NCBI GenBank assembly: GCA_034669905.1
Contig: JAXMOL010000025.1
Coordinates: 32,001-96,000 of the forward strand
DNA from: Candidatus Hydrogenedentota bacterium
GTDB taxonomy: Bacteria > Hydrogenedentota > Hydrogenedentia > Hydrogenedentales > JAEUWI01
DNA length: 64,000 bases
Direction: 5' to 3'
Shown here: one piece after another, positions 51,096 through 60,490 of the stretch
Numbering within the stretch: the first letter of the stretch is position 1
How the letters are laid out: every line of letters begins with the position of its first letter
Position numbers and translations under genes: made by a program
Notes under the pieces: generated by a model
What the model was told of the DNA's origin: nothing
What the model saw: the letters and a program-made list of their open reading frames with translations, nothing else
Database searches by the model: none

Positions 51096-52004
51096 GTGCA
51101 AACCAACAGGCAATTCGTCTTTCAGGGCCTTTTCAGCAAAGGGGCGTTCTTCATCGCTATCCTCGTGGCTTTTCGTGGACAGGGAGCCACCCCCACAAAA
51201 ATTGAAGATAAAACCCTCCACCATCTCATTCAGATAGCGCCGGGCCTTTATTCCGGCGCGGAGCCTGACGGGGAGGCCGGCTTTGCACGCCTCGCAGAGT
51301 TGGGCATCAAAACCGTCGTCAGTGTGGATGGCATCCAGCCGAACGTGGCCCTGGCGAAGCAGCATCACCTTCGCTACGTGCACATCCCCATTGGCTATGA
51401 CGGAATCGACGAGGAGGCGGGCCGCACCTTTGCCCGGCTGGCCAGGGAAGCCGAAGGCCCCCTCTACATCCACTGTCACCACGGCGTCCACCGGGGTCCT
51501 GCTGCGGCCGCCATTACGGCTATTGCCGCCGGACTCCTCTCGAACGAAGAAGGTACCGTCTTGCTCAAGCAGGCGGGTACCAGCCCCAACTACGCGGGAC
51601 TCTGGCGCGATGTGGCGGCCTACCAGGTGCCCGCCGCCGGCGTGACACTCCCCGAACTCCAGGAAGTTGCCACCAGTGGCACCCTCGCCGTGGCCATGGC
51701 CACCCTGGACCGGGCCTTCGACGAGCTCAAGACACTCCGCCAGACCGGGTGGCAGGTTTCCCCGGAACACCCCGATATCGTGCCCGCGCAGCAGGCCCTG
51801 CTGGTGCGCGAAGGCTTCCAGGAATCGGCCCGAACCCAGGGCGACACCTACGATGATGCCTTTGGGAAGGCCATGAGGGAGGCCATCGCCCAGGCACGGG
51901 GGCTTGAAGAAGCCCTCCGAAATAAGGAACTATCAAGGGCCGACGCACACCTCAAGACACTCGCGGCCTCGTGCACGCCCTGTCACAAGCAGTATCGCAA
52001 CTAA
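51096..52004 (+). CDS. Cys-based phosphatase-like domain fused to a cytochrome c'-like four-helix domain
   Basis: GAAGGAG SD and GTG start; P-loop HCHHGVHRG (CX5R); C-terminal CTPCHKQYRN haem motif. Confidence 0.75.
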   Translation: MQTNRQFVFQGLFSKGAFFIAILVAFRGQGATPTKIEDKTLHHLIQIAPGLYSGAEPDGEAGFARLAELGIKTVVSVDGIQPNVALAKQHHLRYVHIPIGYDGIDEEAGRTFARLAREAEGPLYIHCHHGVHRGPAAAAITAIAAGLLSNEEGTVLLKQAGTSPNYAGLWRDVAAYQVPAAGVTLPELQEVATSGTLAVAMATLDRAFDELKTLRQTGWQVSPEHPDIVPAQQALLVREGFQESARTQGDTYDDAFGKAMREAIAQARGLEEALRNKELSRADAHLKTLAASCTPCHKQYRN

Positions 52005-52019
52005 CGGAGAAGTACCCCC

Positions 52020-53297
52020 ATGAAATCCATCAAGCGCAGAAGTTTCCTCGGCCTACTCGGCTCTGGACTGGCCAGCACCTCCGCATTAAACACCGCCGGT
52101 GCCGCGCCTGCCCCCCCAGCCGCCGCGACGCCCGAGCCTCCGGCCGATACGCCTGCGCCCCTCTCGCCGCTGAAGAGCAACCGGGAAGACGGCCGCTCCA
52201 TCGACGGTCCGGGATTCATCCAGGCCTACATGAAGGCCAACCCGCCCAAACTCGCTTTTGACCCCACCATGGACGCGGCGGACTTTCCCGCGTGGCAGGC
52301 CTCCATCCGCAGCAAGATGACCGAGCTCCTGGCCCTGCCGGAAGTGGGCGAAACACCCGCGCCGAAACACATCTGGACGGAAGTTCGGGAAGGCTACAGC
52401 CTCCAACGCTGGGAAGCCTACCCCGAGCCCTATTGCGTCGTACCCTTTTTACTGCTGGTACCCGAAGGGGTGAGTGCCCAATCCCCTGCGCCGACCGTCA
52501 TGTGCTTTCCCGGCTCGGGGCATAGCAAGGAAGCCCTGGCCGGTGAACCCGAGCTGGACGGCAAGAAACCCAAGAAGGGCACAGAGTGGAAGTGGCGCGA
52601 CAACCGTCAGGCTCTTTACTTCGTCCAGCAAGGCTATGTGGCGTGCGCCGTGGACAATCCGGCCCGGTGCGAAACGGCCAGTCCTTTTCGGAGTTTCATC
52701 GAATTCTCCAACTGCGCCATCTCGTGCGGTCGGAACTATCTCGGCATTTCCGTATCCCAAAAGGCCCACATCCTCGAATGGCTCACCGAGCAGCCCTATG
52801 TCGACACGAAGCGCTTCGCCGTGTGCGGACACTCCCTCGGCTCCGACCCTGCCGACGCCCTCGGCATGCTCTACCCCGACCGGGTCCACGCCGTCATCCA
52901 CAACGACTTCTGTTGTAACTGGCGGGAACGTTCCATCGCGCTGGGCGCCTACCCCGACGGACTCCACCACGTGGTTCCCGGCATGTTCGCGTGGTACGAC
53001 TCCCCTGACCTTCAGGCCGCCCTCGCCCCCTGTCCCCTCCTCTTCACCGAGGGAGGACGTACCCCCCACCTCAACCGTATCCGCGCCGCCTACGCCCTCG
53101 CCGATGCCCCGGACAACGTGGAGATCCACTACTACAAGAAGTACCTCACCCCCGAGCTACGTCCCCGTGAGAATGATCCCATCCCCGAGGGCGTTACGAT
53201 GGACGAGTACTTCACCTACGCCAACGTGGATGCCCCCAATCACCGCTTCCGCCCCGACCGCGCCCTGCCCTGGTTGAAGGGTGTCTTTGGGGTGTGA
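52020..53297 (+). CDS. Tat-exported alpha/beta hydrolase (Abhydrolase_7-like)
   Basis: KRRSFLG Tat motif; nucleophile elbow GHSLG; AVDN, HNDF. Confidence 0.85.
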   Translation: MKSIKRRSFLGLLGSGLASTSALNTAGAAPAPPAAATPEPPADTPAPLSPLKSNREDGRSIDGPGFIQAYMKANPPKLAFDPTMDAADFPAWQASIRSKMTELLALPEVGETPAPKHIWTEVREGYSLQRWEAYPEPYCVVPFLLLVPEGVSAQSPAPTVMCFPGSGHSKEALAGEPELDGKKPKKGTEWKWRDNRQALYFVQQGYVACAVDNPARCETASPFRSFIEFSNCAISCGRNYLGISVSQKAHILEWLTEQPYVDTKRFAVCGHSLGSDPADALGMLYPDRVHAVIHNDFCCNWRERSIALGAYPDGLHHVVPGMFAWYDSPDLQAALAPCPLLFTEGGRTPHLNRIRAAYALADAPDNVEIHYYKKYLTPELRPRENDPIPEGVTMDEYFTYANVDAPNHRFRPDRALPWLKGVFGV

Positions 53298-53576
53298 GGC
53301 CGAGGGATAGGGACGTTGCCGCGCCAGGATTCGTAGACCGCAACAAGGTGGCCCTGTGCTATAGGACCATAAACGTCCCTCGTAACGGGCGACCCCGAGG
53401 CTGGAGGGTCGCCCGGCTTCGTGGGGAGGTGCAGGTCCGCCGGGTGTTTGAAGGTCGTGGCGTGTAGCCGTGTGGCGCTGCGGGCCCCGTGCGTCGGGCG
53501 CGGGGTTGCACTTTTCGGTGGGGGCGGGAGGGCCGACGGATCTGTGCCTGAAATGTCCCATGGGGGGATTCTTATG

Positions 53577-53672
53577 TGGAGTGCGTAAGCTTGCTCGCGA
53601 AAACCGGCGGGGGCGGGTTGGTACGGGAGCAAGCTCCCTCCGGTAAAGCGGCGGCAAGCCGCCGCAGTCCAA
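53577..53672. repeat. REP-like doublet, copy 2
   Basis: GGAGTGCGTAAGCTTGC...GGGAGCAAGCTCCC...AAAGCGGCGGCAAGCCGCCGCAGTCCA. Confidence 0.75.
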
Positions 53673-53747
53673 AGATGATGCGCCTTGGCGAAGGGGATGT
53701 AAATGTCGGTGACTATCCCTATTTATTATTTCTTCGCTTCCCCTCCA

Positions 53748-54539
53748 TCAGTTTGCTTCCCGTTGAAACGCATCCGAGGCCGATCGCAGGCAGATGACTG
53801 TGCGCCGGAGGAGGTCCTCATAGAGCCGCAACGACTCTTCTTTCGACGCATATCCTGTTTCCGTCGTACCAATGGCACCTCGCCACGGCCTCATGCTCCG
53901 CTCGGCCCGCGACAAGAAGGCTTCGGCCTTTCCACAGGGAGCGAGCCCCCCATGGACGTGCTCATCACCTTCCAGTTCCAGCACGAGCATCGCATCTTCT
54001 TCATAGACCACGCCGCCACCCGTGGCCGCCGCCCACTGCTGCCGTAGGGTCGATAGATCCAGCGTCAGGCCTGGTCCGATTCTAAGCACCGAATAATCAA
54101 TCTCGGCCGTCAAACTCTTGAAATAAATCCGAGGCGTATCGGAAGCCGTATGTACCTCCACTTCGAAGGCATCCGGGGCCTGGTCGCGGACATGCTGCGT
54201 AAGCGCATCCAGGCAATCCAGCAACTGCCGACGGTCGCCCCGGAGGGACGCCGTTTGGCCGTCCACAAAACCGAGGACCACCCCCTTGCCCGAGGGATTC
54301 CAGCGATTGAACAGCTTTCCGATGGAGATGGATTCGCTTTGGGCTTTACGGAGGACACCGCAGTAGCGCCGGAGCGCTTGAATACGCTGAAAACACTTTC
54401 CAAAGGCCCTATCAATCACGCCCCATTGCAATTCGGCCTCCGCTCCCACCTCGTTGAAATGGGTGTCGGCAAGCCGTTCCAATTCCGAAACAAGCTCCGA
54501 ACAGGCTTTCTCCCCCTTGCGCAACAGTGGGTGCTCCAT
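53748..54539 (-). CDS. Hypothetical protein
   Basis: 263-aa ORF with AAGGA SD; no recognised motif. Confidence 0.6.
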   Translation of the reverse strand: MEHPLLRKGEKACSELVSELERLADTHFNEVGAEAELQWGVIDRAFGKCFQRIQALRRYCGVLRKAQSESISIGKLFNRWNPSGKGVVLGFVDGQTASLRGDRRQLLDCLDALTQHVRDQAPDAFEVEVHTASDTPRIYFKSLTAEIDYSVLRIGPGLTLDLSTLRQQWAAATGGGVVYEEDAMLVLELEGDEHVHGGLAPCGKAEAFLSRAERSMRPWRGAIGTTETGYASKEESLRLYEDLLRRTVICLRSASDAFQREAN

Positions 54540-54781
54540 GAAGGTCCTTTCTGAAGAGCGTCGTCACCATGCCGACCATGGGCTGTGATGGGCAACTCTC
54601 GCGGGCGTTCGATTTCTTTGTTGGCGTTGGGCGCCCGATTTAGTTCGCTCTTGTTGGCGGAGAGTCGTTGACCCTCCATGCACCACTCGGCATCGCGTGA
54701 CACGGAGCTTTTGGGTTTCCACCCGCGTCCGGACTCCCGGCAAGCGGAGAATTGAGTCGGATACCTCTAATGGACCACTCC

Positions 54782-56875
54782 CTACCCCACAAACAGGGGC
54801 GCGAGCACGAGCGAAATAACACACATGAGCTTAATCAGGATGTTAATCGACGGGCCCACGGTGTCTTTCAGGGGGTCGCCGACGGTATCGCCGACTACAG
54901 CCGCCTTATGGGCATCGGAGTTCTTTCCGCCGTGGTGCCCGTCCTCGATGTACTTCTTGGCGTTGTCCATGGCCCCGCCGCTGTTGGCGGTCTGGATGCC
55001 GAGCATAACGCCGGTGGCGATGGCACCGACCAGCATTCCGGCGAGGGCTTCGGGTCCGAGAATCAGGCCCATGCCGATGGGAAAGAGGATGGCGAGGGCA
55101 CCGGGCAACATCATGCCGTGCAGGGCGCCTTTGGTGGCAATGTCGACGCAGGTGCGGCTGTCGGGCACGACACCTTCTTTGCCTTCACGGAGGCCGGGAA
55201 TCTCGGCAAACTGGCGGCGCACTTCGAGAATCATCATGTCGGCGCAGTAGCCCACGGCGCGGAAGAGCATGGAACTGAAAAGGAAGGGCAGCATGGCCCC
55301 GATCAGCAGGCCTGCCAGCACAATCGGCTGACTCAGGTTGAGGTCGAGACCGACGATGCCATCGTCCCCGGGACGGAGCCCCTGGATACCGGCCATGGCG
55401 GTTTCGGTGGCCAGGAGGAAGGCGCTCAGCAAGCCAATGGCGGCGAAGGCGGCGCTGCCAATGGCGAAGCCCTTCCCGATGGCGGCGGTCGTGTTGCCGA
55501 CGGCATCGAGGTTGTCGGTAATCTTTCGCACTTCGGGGTCGAGGCCAGCCATCTCGGCGATACCCCCGGCGTTGTCGGCGATGGGGCCATAGGCGTCCAC
55601 AGCGACCACCATGCCGGTCGTGGCCAACATGCCGAGGGCGGCGAGGGCGACGCCATAGACACCACACCAATGGAAGGCGAGAATGATGGCGAGGGCAAGG
55701 ACAATCACCGGGGCGGCGGTGCTCTGCATACCGACGGCGGTCCCTTCGACGACGGCGGTGGCGGGGCCGGTTTCACAGCGTTTTGCGAGATCGCGGACGG
55801 GCTTGTAGTCGGCCGAGGTGAAGTACTCGCTCACGAATCCGATGACCATGCCCGAGACGATACCGACGGCACAGGCGGCGAGGGGCCCCCACCAGGCGAA
55901 TTCGCGGCCGGCGAGGGTAAAGGATTCTCCGAAGCGCCAGGCGTAGATGGTGGTGCCCAGCATGGCGAGGCCGGCACTGACGTAGGTGCCCATCATGAGG
56001 GCCTGCTGGGGATTGGAGCGGGCGAAGTGTTTGACGTAGAGCACGCCCAGCAGGGAGGCAACGATACCGATGGCGGCAACAACAAAGGGAAAGGCGAGGA
56101 CGTAGATGGGTCCGCCTGCGGCCACGATGACCGCACCAATGGCGAGGCTGGCGATGATGGATTCCACATAGGACTCTAACAAGTCGGCGCCAAGACCGGC
56201 CACGTCGCCCACGTTGTCGCCCACGTTGTCGGCGATCACGGCGGGATTGCGCGGGTCATCTTCGGGAATACCGGCTTCCACCTTACCCACAAGGTCCGCG
56301 CCCATGTCGGCACCTTTGGTGAAGATGCCGCCGCCGGAACGGGCAAAGAGGGCCACGAGGGAGGCGCCCATGGCATAACCATTGACGATGGTGGCGTTCC
56401 CCTCAAAGAGCCAATAGACCACGGCGAGCCCGAGGAGGGCAATACCGACCACGCCCATGCCCATGACGGCGCCACCACTGATGGCGACTTCCAGGGCCCC
56501 GACAACGCCACGGGATTGGGCGGCGGCGGTGGTGCGTGCATTGGCCCGGGTGGCGATATACATTCCGAGGAATCCGGCCGCCGTGCTGGCCAGGGCACCG
56601 GCGGTGAAGGCGACGGCCGTCCGCCAGTTCAGGCCCAGATCGGGCTTGTAGAATCCGATGATTACGAAGAATAGGATGACGACAGCGGACACGGCGGTAA
56701 CGTAGACGTACTCACGGCGCAAAAAGGCCGACGCGCCCTCCTGGATCATGGTGGAGAGGCGCTCCATATGGGGGGTGCCCTGCGATTGGGCGAGAACATA
56801 GCGGACCAAGTAGACCACAAACAATAGAGAGATGCCGGATGCTGCGACTGCGATCTTTAAGAACGGGATTTCCAT
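54782..56875 (-). CDS. hppA: Membrane-bound ion-translocating pyrophosphatase (K+-dependent type, possibly Na+-pumping)
   Basis: GGIFTKGADMGADLVGKVE, EDDPRN, DNVGDNVGD, GNTTAA, GDTVGDPLKDTVGP. Confidence 0.95.
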   Translation of the reverse strand: MEIPFLKIAVAASGISLLFVVYLVRYVLAQSQGTPHMERLSTMIQEGASAFLRREYVYVTAVSAVVILFFVIIGFYKPDLGLNWRTAVAFTAGALASTAAGFLGMYIATRANARTTAAAQSRGVVGALEVAISGGAVMGMGVVGIALLGLAVVYWLFEGNATIVNGYAMGASLVALFARSGGGIFTKGADMGADLVGKVEAGIPEDDPRNPAVIADNVGDNVGDVAGLGADLLESYVESIIASLAIGAVIVAAGGPIYVLAFPFVVAAIGIVASLLGVLYVKHFARSNPQQALMMGTYVSAGLAMLGTTIYAWRFGESFTLAGREFAWWGPLAACAVGIVSGMVIGFVSEYFTSADYKPVRDLAKRCETGPATAVVEGTAVGMQSTAAPVIVLALAIILAFHWCGVYGVALAALGMLATTGMVVAVDAYGPIADNAGGIAEMAGLDPEVRKITDNLDAVGNTTAAIGKGFAIGSAAFAAIGLLSAFLLATETAMAGIQGLRPGDDGIVGLDLNLSQPIVLAGLLIGAMLPFLFSSMLFRAVGYCADMMILEVRRQFAEIPGLREGKEGVVPDSRTCVDIATKGALHGMMLPGALAILFPIGMGLILGPEALAGMLVGAIATGVMLGIQTANSGGAMDNAKKYIEDGHHGGKNSDAHKAAVVGDTVGDPLKDTVGPSINILIKLMCVISLVLAPLFVG

Positions 56876-56919
56876 GACCAGGGTTCTCCTCTCCAATGCA
56901 ATTGCCACGCTCAAACCGG

Positions 56920-57642
56920 TTAGCCGGTCCGAATATCTACTCCTTCATGAATTAATGCTTCGCGCGCCGCCTTCTGCTCCGCCTCTTTCTTGGTCGTACC
57001 TATACCACGTCCGGCCGCCACACCGCGAATGGTCACCTCCACCTCAAACTCTTTCTGGTGGTCTGGACCTTCGGCGCGGATGACCTCGAACTGGGGCAAG
57101 GCAATCCGCTGGCTCTGGCAATGGTTTTGCAATTGCGACTTGTAGTCGCCATAGCACTTGGCCTTAACGGACGCCGCGACTTCATCGGCGAATACCCGCA
57201 CCACGAAATCATGTGCGCAGTCGTAGCCGTTGTCGAGATAGACAGCGCCGATCAAGGCTTCCATACAATCTGCTACTAGCGAGATTCGTGCCCGTCCGCC
57301 GGAGAGTTCTTCGCCCTTGCCCAGGCAGATGAGGGGAACGATGTTGAGGGCCCGTCCGACGCGGGCCACGGTCTTGCGATTGACCAGGCCGGCGCGCATG
57401 CGGCTGTACTCCCCCGGCGAGCGATCGGGGTAGCTTTCGAAGAGGTGGTGGGCCATGACGAGCCCCAGGACGGCGTCGCCCAGAAATTCCAGCGACTCAT
57501 AATCCAGACCGTCTCGCTTCCCATCCACCAGGCTGGAGGCATGGGTAAGCGCGCGATCATAAACGGACACGTCACGGATTGGAAAGCCCAGCCGTTCGGC
57601 CAGCTCTCTCAATTCCGTGACGCGTTCAACGTTATCAGTCAT
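56920..57642 (-). CDS. rnc: Ribonuclease III
   Basis: ALTHAS, YESLEFLGDAVL, DCMEALIGAVYLD, dsRBD GPDHQKEF...KKEAEQ. Confidence 0.95.
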   Translation of the reverse strand: MTDNVERVTELRELAERLGFPIRDVSVYDRALTHASSLVDGKRDGLDYESLEFLGDAVLGLVMAHHLFESYPDRSPGEYSRMRAGLVNRKTVARVGRALNIVPLICLGKGEELSGGRARISLVADCMEALIGAVYLDNGYDCAHDFVVRVFADEVAASVKAKCYGDYKSQLQNHCQSQRIALPQFEVIRAEGPDHQKEFEVEVTIRGVAAGRGIGTTKKEAEQKAAREALIHEGVDIRTG

Positions 57643-58864
57643 ATTTGGTGAGGATAAGCGATGCGTTGTGACCGCCGAATCCGAGGGAGTTGGACATGGT
57701 GACATCGATCTTTGCCTCGCGGGCTTCGTTCGCGACCAGGTTCAATTGACATTCGGGGTCGGGGTTTTCGTAGTTGATATTGGGCGGTGCAATACCGTCA
57801 CGCATGGCCAGAAGACAAATGACGGCTTCCACACCACCGGCCGCACCGAGGAGGTGGCCGATCATGGATTTCGTCGAGCTCGCCAGGGGCGTCTCTTCGC
57901 CGAAGACGGCATGGAGCGCCTTGCACTCCCCCGAGTCATTCAGCTTGGTGCTCGTTCCGTGGGCGTTGAAATAGTCCACGTCGTCCGGGTTGAGACCGGC
58001 TTCGCGGAGGCCCATGTTCATGGCGGTAGCCACACCGGAGCCGTCAGGACGAGGCGCCGTAATGTGGTGGGCGTCACAGGTTTCGCCCATACCGGCCACG
58101 ACACCGAGGATTTCGGCACCGCGTGCTTTGGCGTGCTCTTCCGACTCCAGCATAAGCATGCCCGCACCTTCACCCATCACGAACCCATTGCGTTCCTTAT
58201 CAAAGGGACGGCTGGCGCGTTCGGGTTCATCGTTACGGGTGGAGAGGGCGCGCATGGCACAGAATCCGGCAATACCAAAGGGGATTACCGTGGCTTCTGC
58301 GCCACCTGCCAGCATAAAGTCTACTTTGCCGAGGCGAATCATGTTGGCCGCATCACCGATGGCATGGGTGCCACTGGCGCACGCCGTAACGACGCACTTG
58401 TTGGGTCCCAGCAGGCCACGATGAATGGCGACGACGCCCGCGGCCATGTTAACCAGGCCTTTGGGTACCATCAGCGGGGAGACCCGACGGGGCCCTCCTT
58501 CAGCCATCTTGACAGAATCAATGTTAATTTCATTGAGGCCGCCAATACCCGATCCGACGATTACGCCCCCGCGGTAGGGATCGAGCTTGTCCAGATCGAG
58601 GCCGGACTGCTTCCACGCCTGATCGGCTGCTTCGATGGCAAACTGGCTGTAGCGACTCATGCGCCGCAGCTCTTTTTTGTCCATCCCGTCGGGTTGCACG
58701 TCTTCGGCAATACCCGCGATTTGCGCAGCCAGATCCGAGGGATCAAAGCAGTCTATTTTCCGGATACCAGATTTTCCAGCACAAAGACTGTCCCAGAATG
58801 TCTTGATATCGTTACCAACCGGCGATACGACGCCGACTCCGGTTACAACTACCTTCGTGCTCAT
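57635..58864 (-). CDS. fabF: 3-oxoacyl-ACP synthase II
   Basis: TACASG, NAHGTST, KSMIGHLLGAAG, SNSLGFGGHN. Confidence 0.96.
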   Translation of the reverse strand: MSTKVVVTGVGVVSPVGNDIKTFWDSLCAGKSGIRKIDCFDPSDLAAQIAGIAEDVQPDGMDKKELRRMSRYSQFAIEAADQAWKQSGLDLDKLDPYRGGVIVGSGIGGLNEINIDSVKMAEGGPRRVSPLMVPKGLVNMAAGVVAIHRGLLGPNKCVVTACASGTHAIGDAANMIRLGKVDFMLAGGAEATVIPFGIAGFCAMRALSTRNDEPERASRPFDKERNGFVMGEGAGMLMLESEEHAKARGAEILGVVAGMGETCDAHHITAPRPDGSGVATAMNMGLREAGLNPDDVDYFNAHGTSTKLNDSGECKALHAVFGEETPLASSTKSMIGHLLGAAGGVEAVICLLAMRDGIAPPNINYENPDPECQLNLVANEAREAKIDVTMSNSLGFGGHNASLILTKYD

Positions 58865-58975
58865 CGGTACCCTTAATGTTCAAGACCCAGTCCGAGAGTC
58901 GCCTCTCGAACTGGGTGCTGCAGTTTTAACAATCTATATTCAAAGCACCCAGACAGGGCATTTATCCACCCTGGA

Positions 58976-59215
58976 CTAGAGCTTAGACTGTATATACTTA
59001 ATTGCGTCCCCAACGGTCTCAATTTGGTTGGCGTCGTCGTCGATGTCGATATTAAATTCTTCTTCGAGAGCCATCAACAATTCCGTCAGATCGAGAGAAT
59101 CCGCTCCCAGGTCTTCCATGAAACCTGCGTTGGGTACTACCTCTTCGGGGCTCTTATCGAGACGTTCGGCAATAATATCTTTGATCGTTGCTGCTACATC
59201 TGCTTCGCTGGCCAT
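58976..59215 (-). CDS. acpP: Acyl carrier protein
   Basis: [16 protein letters not shown]. Confidence 0.96.
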   Translation of the reverse strand: MASEADVAATIKDIIAERLDKSPEEVVPNAGFMEDLGADSLDLTELLMALEEEFNIDIDDDANQIETVGDAIKYIQSKL

Positions 59216-59449
59216 TAAATACACCTCCTTTCCTGCTGTAAAATGGTGATACGTCTTATTTGGAGCGCAAGTATAGCCTGTACTTGGCCTTAAGTTCAAC
59301 CAGAAACGTCGGCACAGGCACCACGAAGCACAGGACACTTGTGCGCAGAACCTTTCGCACACGAATGTCACTATTCAGGACACTTTGCTGATGGCGCCCC
59401 AAGGCGAACGCAGCCCACCCCGCTCGTTCCGACGCGGTGTCCTTCCGGA

Positions 59450-59563
59450 TCACCCCCGGGCCTTGAGCGCCATGATAGCAATGGCAAAGGGCACCAGGGC
59501 AAAAAACCACCATTTATTCAGGATAACAAAGGCAATTACATCGTCGAGGGAAATTCCAAACAT
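59450..59563 (-). CDS. 37-aa small membrane protein
   Basis: AGGAG SD; MFGISLDDVIAFVILNKWWFFALVPFAIAIMALKARG*; below the ORF-track cutoff. Confidence 0.6.
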   Translation of the reverse strand: MFGISLDDVIAFVILNKWWFFALVPFAIAIMALKARG

Positions 59564-59594
59564 GTTTCACAGGCTCCTCCCCGTCGTGCTGCCG

Positions 59595-60341
59595 CTAACC
59601 GGTCAATCGCATGTACAACACCAGGCCTGAGAAGGCCAGGCCAGCCAAGCCGATCGCGAGAGCGATGCGGCTATGCACGCGGAATGTTACCTTTTCCTTA
59701 TCAAACGCACTGGGCCCCGTCCAGGCCACGGCACCGAAGGAGAGCACCACGGCCAGCAGATTGAAGATATACTGCTGAATGCCCAGTGCGTCACCGGTGA
59801 AGGCCGCCAGGAAAAACAGCCAGCCGGCACATGCCAGTGCCAGTCCACCAACCCACGCCGGCTTTTTCGCGCTGGCGCTTCCGGTCAGCACCCGCTCATT
59901 CAGCGCGGCCTCATCTACGAGCGGCGAGAAAGCACGGGGCCGCTCCTCTTGCATCACAGCCGGTCCGGCAGAGACGCCGCCCAACTCCTCCTGCAGCGAT
60001 TCAAAACTTAAACTCTCGGCGGCCGCTGGGGCAGCAGCAGGGGGCGGTGCCGCGGAACCCGACTTCTTCTTTTTCTTCTTGGTCCCATGGGCATGGACGA
60101 CAGTGGCGGCCTTTTCGGCGCGAATCTCCCGGCGCTCCTTGGCTTTTTTTGCCCGCTGATCGTAATGAAGGACCACACAGCTTACACAGATGCGTCGCCC
60201 GCTGCTGGTGCGCTGGATATGACTCTTGCAGACGGTTTTGTGACACCGCTCGCAGGTCCGACTACACTCTTCGCACAGGAGCATTTCACACTCGTGGCAG
60301 AATCCCACGGAGCTCCGAATACCACAATCACCACATTCCAT
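59595..60341 (-). CDS. Cys-rich zinc-finger-like protein with three C-terminal TM helices
   Basis: Multiple CxxC pairs in the first 57 aa; hydrophobic C-terminus. Confidence 0.7.
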   Translation of the reverse strand: MECGDCGIRSSVGFCHECEMLLCEECSRTCERCHKTVCKSHIQRTSSGRRICVSCVVLHYDQRAKKAKERREIRAEKAATVVHAHGTKKKKKKSGSAAPPPAAAPAAAESLSFESLQEELGGVSAGPAVMQEERPRAFSPLVDEAALNERVLTGSASAKKPAWVGGLALACAGWLFFLAAFTGDALGIQQYIFNLLAVVLSFGAVAWTGPSAFDKEKVTFRVHSRIALAIGLAGLAFSGLVLYMRLTG

Positions 60342-60490
60342 ATCGTCACCCTAATCCGCTTTGCAGCGTGCCCACTCCCCAGACAGCCGACAGCCAAGTC
60401 GATTCCCTATTGGTTTTGATTATACAATGGGGCTATCTCAGCGGCAAATCCGTATCAACCCCCAGAATCCGAGGAGGAATCCACCGGCCC

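Noticed and set aside
57635..59215. Type II PKS cluster
   Set aside because: Ordinary acpP-fabF-rnc arrangement with no chain-length factor or tailoring genes.
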